From the NCBI GenBank assembly GCA_000004985.1, contig GG738891.1: a DNA stretch of 64,000 nt, one strand, 5' to 3'. The notes beneath the pieces were generated by a model that did no database searches, had not been told where the DNA came from, and worked only from the letters and a program-made list of their open reading frames with translations. This DNA comes from Naegleria gruberi (lineage: Eukaryota). The position numbers and the translations under genes were made by a program. Shown in pieces: positions 1-9,442 of the stretch; positions within the stretch are counted from its first letter, which is position 1; every line of letters begins with the position of its first letter.

Positions 1-88
1 AAAGACAATACCACTCAAAGTTGACAAAAGCCGTGAAGATTTTCCTCCAACTCAAAATCCTCCAACTCCAGAACCTTAGACATTTGGG

Positions 89-796
89 TTAAAAGTGTTT
101 TTTTGATGTTTTATTGGAAACTTGATGAAATACCCAAAGTGGAAAGTAAAATTGCATTGTTGATTGTTCATCGTAGGCAAATGAAGCTCTCCTTCTGAGA
201 ACACTTCTTCTCTTTACTGTTTTCTTAGTTTTGTGAATAGCAGTTGGTTGGTTAGGTGTCGAATTGTCATTCAGTGAGGTGGTTCTAGTTTCAGATATCG
301 AATTGGAATCAACCACCTTACTTATTGAAAAAGAGGTCTGTACATTCTCTTCAATGATCTGTTGGTGCTTTCTTTCATCAAGGTGATGATTTGAATTTTC
401 TTCTGGCATTTCTCTCTCATTTGTCATGATTATTGAAATATCTTGATAATAACTTCTTATCAAATCTTCGTAATCTAAAGATAACATAAGCTGTGTATCT
501 TCATACTTGTCAATGATTGGTTCCCTGCTCACTGGATCCAACAGTGAAGATCTTGTGGTATTGGTGGACAATGGTGGAGAAAAGGAAGGAGATGGAAGGG
601 AAGAGCTAGCTGATGAAGTTCTTGTTGGGGCCAATTCATCACGAGAATAGTATTGACTGTTAAAAGAACAAGATAACATTTGGTCGCTATTGACATTTCT
701 TGGCAAATTTCTCTTATTAGTTTCCTCTCGAGACGAATCAATGACGGAAACAAGAAATTTCAGCATCAGGTCTTCAACAGAAGTAATTTTCGACAT
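89..796 (-). CDS. Hypothetical Ser/Thr-rich protein, about 235 aa. It has an RRRASF basic motif near the C-terminus.
   Basis: Long ORF with a real ATG at 796 in an A-rich context. Low-complexity S/T/N-rich composition. No recognisable domain. Confidence 0.35.
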   Translation of the reverse strand: MSKITSVEDLMLKFLVSVIDSSREETNKRNLPRNVNSDQMLSCSFNSQYYSRDELAPTRTSSASSSLPSPSFSPPLSTNTTRSSLLDPVSREPIIDKYEDTQLMLSLDYEDLIRSYYQDISIIMTNEREMPEENSNHHLDERKHQQIIEENVQTSFSISKVVDSNSISETRTTSLNDNSTPNQPTAIHKTKKTVKRRSVLRRRASFAYDEQSTMQFYFPLWVFHQVSNKTSKKHF

Positions 797-1803
797 CTCT
801 GTTGGGATTGTTGTATTAGAAGTGTATCAATTTTGTTTGTTTTTGAAAATTGCTATTGAGCCAAACGAATTTCATCGAAACCAAGCGAAACAATATGGTG
901 GGAAATTTTTACTTTTCTTGTCACACACCTTCCCTTTGTGAATTGTCAAACTGTGACAGCGCTAAATCCAAATCCATAAGCTAGAACAGAAAAAGGCTGA
1001 TAATACACCATTGTTGACACTAGTAGCATCTTTCGTCCACTTTAAGCTAAATTTCTCCACCAATTTCACTATTGTTTTGGATTTAAGCAACTGTATTGTG
1101 TAACCAACAACTTTTTAGAATCGTATGTCCACGTCTTTGATGCTTGTAATACCTTGAAAATTAGCATGAAACCAATTATGCATTTCGAATAACAAAAAAG
1201 AATAAAACTGACCATATAAAAGGAATTTTGAATGTCCATAACAACAGAATCAAACCATATTGTTAAATAAATCACACTGTCCTCTAATACCGAATTACTC
1301 CGTTTTCTTATGCATCCTTAACTAATACTAAAAAACAATTCTATTTAGTAATGTGCCATTTTGACAAGTTTGCATTTGTCTTGAGATTTCACTCAGATTT
1401 TTTCATCCCACTTAAACATCCAATAAATCATGAAGTGATTCTTGAAAATATTTCCAATTTGTAAAACGTGTCATTTAATCACAAATCTTCAGAATCCTGC
1501 AAAATTTCACTCTTTGCAATATTTTGAAGAAATTTCTTCTTTTTCTTAATATTTAGAGGTAAATTTTTATAAAAGATGGAGTGGTTCAATAGTATTTTCT
1601 AATTCTCAGTTTTACTGTAAATTTCAAAAGGAATGTTTCGTCAGCAGTTTAGTTTATAAAACTAAATGAAAAATGTTAATTGATTTTAAATTTTTGGAAA
1701 GTGGACGAATATGAGGAAAATCCAAAATTAAATTGAATGAGATTGATTTTCAAAGGTAAATAAGGGAGCGGTAAAAATAGATTTCAAACACATCCTTAAA
1801 AAA

Positions 1804-3306
1804 ATGAAACCGAAATGTTGTATTGGAAATGTTTCGAATACTACAACTTGGACGTTTAGTTCAATAATGAAGAGCATTCCGATAGAAGTTATACAACACA
1901 ATATTTTCCCCTATATGGAACATGCTGATTTGAAATATTGTAGATTGGTTTGTAAACTGTGGGACGAATTTTGCCGAAACACATCAACATTTATTCTATT
2001 GAATGTTCAATTAAAATTTGATGAAGAACTGTTTCATTTAAACAGAAAAGGATTCGGTTTCCACGATTGGACAATCAACAAATTGAAAATTGTAAATAAT
2101 AATATTGACTATGAATATATTTATCAGATTTTAAGAGAAATTAAACGAAAGAGCGATTTGGAACATTTAATTTTGGATAAAAGAATTGATTTCAATCAGC
2201 CAATGAGTCAACTGGTATTAAATTTCCCAAATTTGAAACATTTTTCTATGAACAGCACAAATCTCACCAATCATGCTGGTTTGATTCGAATAGTTTCCAA
2301 TCTAGAAAGTTTAAAACTAAGAGTAATGAATTTGGAAAAGGACTTTCTTCTAAACTTGACCAATAATTTTGGATCCAATTTGGTAAAACTCAAAATTGGA
2401 GCAAGTTTTATTGGAAATGAACATTTATCATGTTTGACAAGCTGTAAACAAGCAAGAAATTTGAAATGTTTAGAAATTGTTTCAAGGAGACATGAAAAAT
2501 TTAACATTGAGGCTAATTTTAGTAATTTTAAGGAAGTGGAAGAGCTGAGTTTGGAATTTGGTGATGCCAATGGCGAAGCTTGTTTGAATGAAATTGTAAA
2601 GATTGAGAATTTGAGAGTTTTATCCTTATCGAGGATGAATCTGGGTGATATTTCTAAACATTTTGAAAAACTGAAGAGATTAGAAAGTCTTTCACTTCAT
2701 AATTGTAATTTTAAAGGATTGAATCAAGTTTACAAATTGCAGAGATTGAAATGTTTGAGTATTAAGGGAGGCACACTGGATGAGCAGGATGTTGTGGGAA
2801 TTTCACAATTGGAGTTGACTAAATTGGCTTTGGATCGTTGTGGAATCTCTGCAGATTTGATTTGTAAACATTCAAGAATGAATTCTTTGAGGGAACTTTC
2901 TCTAACAGGAATTCCGCTCACTGAGGAAGCAATTTCAATAATAGGCAGAGAATTTACCCAATTGAGAACACTCTCCATTAGTTCAATATCAATGGAAAAG
3001 GAAAAACTTCAAAGATTGTTAAGAAATGATTTGTTTAGCTCTCTAAGAAATCTCTCCCTCATATCTTGCAATCTCAATGATGATCATTTGGAAACAATCT
3101 TGGACACAACAAGTATTCTTTCCAGATTATCCAATCTCAATATTGATTTGAATGATTTTTCAGAGAATTCCCTCAAATCTTTGCAAAATCAAAATGCTGC
3201 CTCAATGACAACCATTTCTACCCGATCTAGAAAGTCCAGTTTCAGCAATTCTGATCGACCTACCTCTCCCAAAAGAAGAGAAAAACAAGGATGTCTATTC
3301 CAATAA
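1804..3306 (+). CDS. F-box/LRR-repeat protein (FBXL/AMN1-like), 500 aa.
   Basis: Real ATG at 1804 after an A-run. N-terminal F-box-like segment (IPIEVIQHNIFPYMEHADLKYCRLVCKLW). Many Cys-containing leucine-rich repeats follow (LxxLxLxxCxxI pattern). Confidence 0.6.
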   Translation: MKPKCCIGNVSNTTTWTFSSIMKSIPIEVIQHNIFPYMEHADLKYCRLVCKLWDEFCRNTSTFILLNVQLKFDEELFHLNRKGFGFHDWTINKLKIVNNNIDYEYIYQILREIKRKSDLEHLILDKRIDFNQPMSQLVLNFPNLKHFSMNSTNLTNHAGLIRIVSNLESLKLRVMNLEKDFLLNLTNNFGSNLVKLKIGASFIGNEHLSCLTSCKQARNLKCLEIVSRRHEKFNIEANFSNFKEVEELSLEFGDANGEACLNEIVKIENLRVLSLSRMNLGDISKHFEKLKRLESLSLHNCNFKGLNQVYKLQRLKCLSIKGGTLDEQDVVGISQLELTKLALDRCGISADLICKHSRMNSLRELSLTGIPLTEEAISIIGREFTQLRTLSISSISMEKEKLQRLLRNDLFSSLRNLSLISCNLNDDHLETILDTTSILSRLSNLNIDLNDFSENSLKSLQNQNAASMTTISTRSRKSSFSNSDRPTSPKRREKQGCLFQ

Positions 3307-3370
3307 ATCAACCAACTCGAAATCCAATTTTAATTCTCATCCAACTCAATTAAAGTACATTTATTTACAA

Positions 3371-5029
3371 TTATTCCTCTTCCTCATCCACTACACATGC
3401 ATCATCGCTTTCATATCCACTTGTTGATTTTCTTGGCATACGATTACCAATAGTGCTCTGGAAACGAGGAGCATTTGGATTTGGGAGTGGTCTCCTAGAA
3501 TCACGAACAACAGCTCTCTTTCTAACTGGTATTTTGATTTTCCTCACTGTTTGTCCTTCATTGTCAACTTCTGCTGTTTGTTGTTGATTCACTCCTTCTA
3601 CTGTATTTGCTGTTGGTTGTTGACTCATTTCCTCATCACTATTCGATTTTACATCTTCCGTAGTATCGTATTGTTGTGGAGATTCTTGACGTTGATCAAC
3701 AACTGCTTGTCTTTGTTTTGGTGAAATATCCATAACTTCCATCACTGGAGGTTCTGTTAGATAAGTTTGTTTCGAATTATTCATCTCCAAAGGATTCAAC
3801 AAAACAGGTGGTTGATTAAACGAGGTTTGTGGAGAAGTAGGAGTTGGCAATGCTTTCAAATACCCACTATGTGTCTTTATGCCATTGTGTGGTGTTGTAC
3901 TAATTTGTGGAGGTGGTGCCTGTTTCTTCACTGGTTTATCCCAAGTTGTCGTGCCAGATTGTGCATGATGATAATAGTACTGATTGCTTCCGTAATCGTA
4001 GTAAGCTACCCAACCCTCTTCCAATTGTTCTTCCTGTTGTTGTTGTTGTGTTGTACTAGTAGTTGTTGTTGTAGTTGTTTGTGTGTTGGAAACAGTTGCA
4101 GTTGTTGAGGCAGTTGTTGAAGAAGAAGACGAATTATTGGAAGTGTTTGATGAGGATATTGAGGATGCTGATACTGATGATGATGATGATGTACTGCTGC
4201 TATTATTTGATGATTCATCATCTCCGAATATAGAATGTGCTTCAGCAATCAGGGTTGTCATTAAATTACTAGAATATTTGGAATCCTGGAGAATTTCCAT
4301 GTGACTTTGAGGAAGATCTGATTTTAACAAGTTAGGAGCAAAAACAATGGCCAAATTACTTGGCGACATTTTGTTAATACTTGAATTTGCAGCAACTTTC
4401 TTCAAGAATAAACATAAATTCTTTAAAATTGTAAAGTTTGTGGGTGGAAGAAACTTGATTACTTTTTGAATCATGACCAATCTTTGTTCTTCATCAGGAA
4501 TTCTCTGAATATTTGTGAATTTCATGAATAATTTTCATTTGAATTATATTTTCGAAAGTCAAATGATTCGAATAAGATCTAAAAACAAGTCTAAATAACA
4601 TACCTCAGCTGCCAAAAACATTCCATACTGTTCATATGTCAATAAAGGATCCATCAATTCTCTCAAATACAATTTCAGTAAACTACTCGCCAAGTGAATT
4701 TCATATTTCTCATACGGAACATCAAATTTAATATTTTGCTCTAATTGTTGAATGACTTCATCTTCATCTGATTTTTTAGGTGAAATTCTAAAGATACCTT
4801 CAATCTTTAGTCCATTTTCGTCTAGATAGGACATGGCTTTTAATACGAAAGGAGGTAAATCATTTGGATCGAGTGGAAGTTTCTTTGCAAAAACTTTGGA
4901 ATTTGCAAACTTTTCATTGGTTGGGAATTTTTGTGAACCTGGTGAGTTAGCAGCAACTGGTGATGATGGTGAGTTGGAATTGGTTGGTGGAGATGTCGAT
5001 TTCTTGTTATTCTTTTTAAAGATTTTCAT
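3371..5029 (-). CDS. RhoGAP-domain protein with a C-terminal WW domain. Two exons: 5029..4604 and 4504..3371, with a 99-nt GTATGT..CAG intron.
   Basis: Exon 1 carries GIFRISPKK and HLASSLLKLYLRELMDPLLTYEQY, the RhoGAP arginine-finger region. Exon 2 carries LCLFLKKV, NKMSPSNLAIVFAPNLL and the WW motif GWVAYYDYGSNQYYYHHAQSGTTTWDKP. The track start at 5092 is GTG, so I took the first ATG at 5029. Poly-T, Q and S tracts are present. Confidence 0.6.
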
Positions 5030-5672
5030 CCCTTCTTCTTTGTTTTTATACGAAAGTAAACTAATGCTATTAGAAATATGATGAACACACACTATTGTAT
5101 GGTCAATATGAAGATGTTGAATGGAAGATGATGACGAAGGCTTTGTTGCTAATCCGAAAGTCCCAAATGATACTGTTGTGTTTTTGTGCTATTTTTTTTT
5201 ATGCTTGTCTGAACATTCATTGGACATTTGACGTGTGAGCGGGTCAGCCAACAGAAACTTGATTCCTAAAAACCCGTAAGTCTGAGGATTCGTGAGACTC
5301 GAGATTAATATTGGCAAAACGAATCCACATATTTCATTGTAATCAAATGCCAAATGCCAAACTGTCGAGACAATAAAGAATATAATCAAGCAAAAACAAG
5401 AGAAGATGTAAAAAGAGACAAGATATAAATTTCTTCATTGTGAAAAACATCAAATATTGCAAACGAACATGAAAACAGCAAGTAACACTATTTTCTAAAT
5501 TTATTCTTATTGAGGCAAGCTTTGATAGCATGAATTTTATTTCCTTTTGGGGATTGTTGTAAAATTAAAAGGAACAGGAAGTTTGGTAGAATGTCATGAA
5601 ATGCTTGCCGAATCTATTCGAATCAATTTTATTATTAATAATTCGAAATTAGGATCTTTTTTGTCGTGTCTG

Positions 5673-6350
5673 TTAAAACAACTTTCGCACAGATTTAATA
5701 ACCCAAAACGAAACTACACTTCCCACCAATACATTAATCAATGAGTTTACAATTATTGTAAAGGCATTCATCAAGACAATTTCAATTTTTTCAATGAAAA
5801 TTGGAATTATAATTTGAGAGATTGAATCTCCTAAAACTTCACTAATTGTTTTTCCCAATAATTTGCTCGCAATTTTCAGCTCAAAATCTTGTAACAATTT
5901 TAAAGAGCTAACGTTTACAAATTGTAATGGAAGTGAAGAGTTTGATAAATGTGGAATTGTAAAATAATCAAATTTCATAGAGATGGAAACATGTTCGAGT
6001 GATATTTTACCTTGATCCCAAATAAAATTCTTTCCTTTTTGGTTAATTCTTTGAATTTTGTAATCAAATTCCAAATTTGTTAATTTAAAGTGATTTAAAT
6101 TTTTCAAATCCAAAATAATAGTTGTATTTTCCACAGAGAAGAGTAAATTAGAATTGGAAAGTACTTGATTCAATAGTGAATATTTCAATTCGATGGATTT
6201 TTCAAATTTAATTGAAGAGAGAAAGTAAGATGAGAAACTTTCCGAAATGGCAGTTGAAGTTTTTGAGAGGAAGGTTGTATGTTCCAAGCCTGATGAATTT
6301 TCCAATAGAAAAAAACAAGCAAGCAACATTAGCAAAAACACGTGTTTCAT
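5673..6350 (-). CDS. Secreted hypothetical protein, 225 aa, with an N-terminal signal peptide.
   Basis: ATG at 6350 after an A9 run. Hydrophobic N-terminus MKHVFLLMLLACFFLL. No recognisable catalytic motif. A lipid-binding (BPI/takeout-like) fold is only a guess. Confidence 0.35.
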   Translation of the reverse strand: MKHVFLLMLLACFFLLENSSGLEHTTFLSKTSTAISESFSSYFLSSIKFEKSIELKYSLLNQVLSNSNLLFSVENTTIILDLKNLNHFKLTNLEFDYKIQRINQKGKNFIWDQGKISLEHVSISMKFDYFTIPHLSNSSLPLQFVNVSSLKLLQDFELKIASKLLGKTISEVLGDSISQIIIPIFIEKIEIVLMNAFTIIVNSLINVLVGSVVSFWVIKSVRKLF

Positions 6351-6793
6351 TTTTTTTTGAAATTAGAAACTTAAGTTTATGTAGTTTACAATGAAGAATG
6401 GTCCCTGCCATGAAAAATTGGATAGTAATTGCAATTGTTAGTTTTTGGAGTCATCTTAATTTTATTTTAACAAAGAAACAAAAAGACTACAGCACCACAG
6501 GTTCCCAAGTTGTCTCCAACCTCAGTACTGATGTGGCTCGACGATGCTTAACTTCTCAAATCGGACGGGATGAGGTGCATTCATCGTGATATGGCCGTAG
6601 CCATTCAATTACTAGATTTCTGAGTTATAAATCAAAGTTGCAATCAATTTATTTTCGCAACTAAGCTTACCATGCAATTACAAAATAAAGTTGATAGACA
6701 ATTGGTGAAACAGACCTGCCTTTGAAGGATGTAAATCTTTATTGATCATTCCATCAGGTCTCAAAATAATCCTACCCTGGAAAATTAAAAATA

Positions 6794-6866
6794 TGCCGAC
6801 ACCAGGGATCGAACCAGGGACCTTAAGATCTTCAGTCTTACGCTCTCCCAACTGAGCTATGTCGGC
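6794..6866 (-). tRNA. tRNA-Phe (anticodon GAA).
   Basis: The reverse complement reads GCCGACATAGCTCAGTTGGGAGAGCGTAAGACTGAAGATCTTAAGGTCCCTGGTTCGATCCCTGGTGTCGGCA. This is a canonical cloverleaf with a 7-bp acceptor stem, a GTTCGATCC T-arm and a CTGAAGA anticodon loop. Confidence 0.9.
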
Positions 6867-6978
6867 TTCTTAATTCATATGTGTAAGTATTAAGGTTCCT
6901 TATATAAGAAAATGGAACTTTAGCAAAGTTGCCTCTAAATTGGTTAAATAAAAAAACCTTTAAACTGTTAGAAAATGT

Positions 6979-9273
6979 TTAATAAAATGGTTCCCCTCCA
7001 TTATAAACGTCCAAATATTCGATTCCCTCGAACTGTCTAAATCTGAAGTAATGAGCACCTGCAACTGATTGAATTAGGGCAGGATCCATCTCACTTGAAA
7101 CTATTGAGGCATCAGGAATCATTTCTGATGTTACCCTTTCAACAATCTCTTTCAGTTTTGGAATGTTAAAAGTACCTCCGGAAAGGATAACATGCTTAAT
7201 CTTTGGTACTCTTCCATATGGCGAAGGAATCATTCCCTCTGTGATGGATTCTCTTAGTAACTTCTCAAAGTTTGCAAATTCGTTTTCACATAGAGTGTAA
7301 AATTCATCCCTTGTAACTGTAACAGAAGATCCATTTGAAAGTTCTACGATTGTGGAATTATTGATAGAAAGGGAACCCTTTACCTTTTCACATTGCTTAA
7401 GATCGATTGAGGAGCTGTGCTTTTCTTCCAAATGCTTCAATAAAATGAAACTGAAATCCTTTCCATTACAGCATTCCAAAAACTTTTCAAATATAAGATG
7501 ACTGTAGTAGTATTGAGAAACCTCACTGATATTGACTACTGGCTTACTACTTGACCAATTAACCACTAGACAATCACTGCCCATAATTGATTGGATGAAT
7601 GCATAAGGTATAATTTCTCTTCCATCCTCACAACATTGCAAGACTGACAATCCACAAGCTTTAGCAGATTCTACAACTAGATATTTATCCTCTGTTGGGA
7701 CTAGTAATTGTACAATTTTGGTTGAGAAGTATTTCACATTACCATCAAGATTGATCCGATCACTTGCATAGCTTGTCTCCATGTGTTGTTTGAATTCTCT
7801 GAATAATTCCTTCATTCTTTCACTGTTCGAATAAATATTTTCATCATTCGTTTGAATAACTTTTGCTGTTACTCCAACTGAATTACTAATTGAAATTGAA
7901 GCTTTCCATCGAGTTCTTCCACAATCAATTGACCAAGGAGCATGATTAAATTTACATCTGGAAATGATATTGTCTCTAATAGCTTGATCTCTTAAAGTAG
8001 TAATTGCCCATGAAATAACAGGTTGAATTCCATCCAATTCAGGATTGTAATCAACTCCCATAAATCCAGAAATGTAATGAAACTCTTTCCACTTTTGATG
8101 ATTCAACACCTCGACACTTGTTGCCGTAATTGGATTAGGGAAGCATCCAATTTCAAAAGCCTCTCTCCATCTGAAAACTTTTGCAAGTTTCTCAACTTCA
8201 GACTCTCCAGTTTCTTCAAACAAGTAGCCCTGAGAGAAATCATCAGTATATGGTTCATTTTCAGCAAATTTAGAATCCATCTCGATAAATTTCTGTAAAT
8301 GGTATGAAACTCTGTTCTCTTTATCATATGGGAAGAAGTAATTGATCCATCCAGAAATGAAATCAAAGCCACTGCTAGAATCAAAGAGAGCAATACCATT
8401 CCAAAATGTTTTCAACTCTTCAGTGAGAGTTTCTTCTTGGGCTGTTTTGATAATCCTATCAAGAATGAGTGTCAAAACCTTTCTCCACCAAGCCATATCA
8501 TATTCGTCAAGGAGTTTGAGCTTCTCTCTCATTCCCAACCAGTCATCCATAGTTCCCAAAATTGTAACACTTGGAAGACCACATAAGAAATCATTCTTAT
8601 ACGAATAAAAATCCTTAAAAGCTTCCATCAACAACATTTTCGAGGCAACTTTCTCAACTTGGGTAGAAGTTGAAAAGTTGTGATCTATAAAGTCCATCAA
8701 TTTGATTTTTCTCTCATCTCCCTTATGGGATGAAACATCATTTACAATTGCCTGATGAATTTCATTCACAACTCCCTCCCAATTAATCTCAGCACTCACT
8801 GGATCAATATATTGAGGCATAGCAACAACAATATCCATCTTGTTTTGCTTTTCTTCAGCATTGCCAATCAATTCAGGTCTCAAAGCCAAATGCTTTACCA
8901 ATCCCTGTGTAATCATCATCCAAATGTGATCAGGACTCACAATCAATGGATAATGTTCACTGTAAGCAGTACAATAACAAGCAACAACAGGATGAGGTCT
9001 CACCAATAGATTCTTCAATGCATAGACATTATCGGGTGAGTGTATGACACTGTAACGGGATCGAATTAAATCCTGATCAACTTTATCTCCCTTCTCAATG
9101 GTATTAGTAAATAATTGATTTAATAAAACTCTTTCAGAAGGCTGACTGTAGAGTTTGCCAATTTCATAGGGTTTGGCTTCTTCTTGTTCATCCTCATCAA
9201 TCGGATGCTTCTTCTTTGGAGTCCATGATGAAGCATAGAAGGGAGTAAAATCCCTCTTACAAAGAACCTTCAT
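6979..9273 (-). CDS. Fusion protein. About 440 aa of an uncharacterised domain sit upstream of an Hsp70-like actin-fold ATPase domain. There is no Hsp70 substrate-binding domain.
   Basis: The C-terminal half aligns by eye to Hsp70 NBD blocks. SIDCGRTRWKASI matches the IDLGTT phosphate-1 block. LVVESAKACGLSVLQCCED matches ATKDAGVIAGLNVLRIINE. HVILSGGTFNIPKLKE matches IVLVGGSTRIPKVQ. DPALIQSVAGAHYF matches DEAVAYGAAVQAAIL. The phosphate-2 DLGGGTFD block is degenerate. The track start at 9342 is TTG and the first ATG is at 9273. An upstream exon was not excluded. Confidence 0.5.
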   Translation of the reverse strand: MKVLCKRDFTPFYASSWTPKKKHPIDEDEQEEAKPYEIGKLYSQPSERVLLNQLFTNTIEKGDKVDQDLIRSRYSVIHSPDNVYALKNLLVRPHPVVACYCTAYSEHYPLIVSPDHIWMMITQGLVKHLALRPELIGNAEEKQNKMDIVVAMPQYIDPVSAEINWEGVVNEIHQAIVNDVSSHKGDERKIKLMDFIDHNFSTSTQVEKVASKMLLMEAFKDFYSYKNDFLCGLPSVTILGTMDDWLGMREKLKLLDEYDMAWWRKVLTLILDRIIKTAQEETLTEELKTFWNGIALFDSSSGFDFISGWINYFFPYDKENRVSYHLQKFIEMDSKFAENEPYTDDFSQGYLFEETGESEVEKLAKVFRWREAFEIGCFPNPITATSVEVLNHQKWKEFHYISGFMGVDYNPELDGIQPVISWAITTLRDQAIRDNIISRCKFNHAPWSIDCGRTRWKASISISNSVGVTAKVIQTNDENIYSNSERMKELFREFKQHMETSYASDRINLDGNVKYFSTKIVQLLVPTEDKYLVVESAKACGLSVLQCCEDGREIIPYAFIQSIMGSDCLVVNWSSSKPVVNISEVSQYYYSHLIFEKFLECCNGKDFSFILLKHLEEKHSSSIDLKQCEKVKGSLSINNSTIVELSNGSSVTVTRDEFYTLCENEFANFEKLLRESITEGMIPSPYGRVPKIKHVILSGGTFNIPKLKEIVERVTSEMIPDASIVSSEMDPALIQSVAGAHYFRFRQFEGIEYLDVYNGGEPFY

Positions 9274-9442
9274 GTTGCGCAATTTTTTTGGAATTGTTCC
9301 ATCTTGTTCCTTAACAACAATATCTTTGATATCTGCTTCCAAAATATTTGTGCTTTCCCTTGTAAGGTGTTTTGTACAGTCCGCAGAGCAAAGATTGAGA
9401 AATTACAAAGGATTTGAAAATCATAAAATATATCTTACACGT

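Noticed and set aside
3767-4304. Plus-strand ORFs (113, 73 and 80 aa) nested inside the RhoGAP-WW gene.
   Set aside because: They are low-complexity translations of the antisense of poly-T, Q and S coding repeats (CAA/ACA/TGT runs). There is no start context and no domain.
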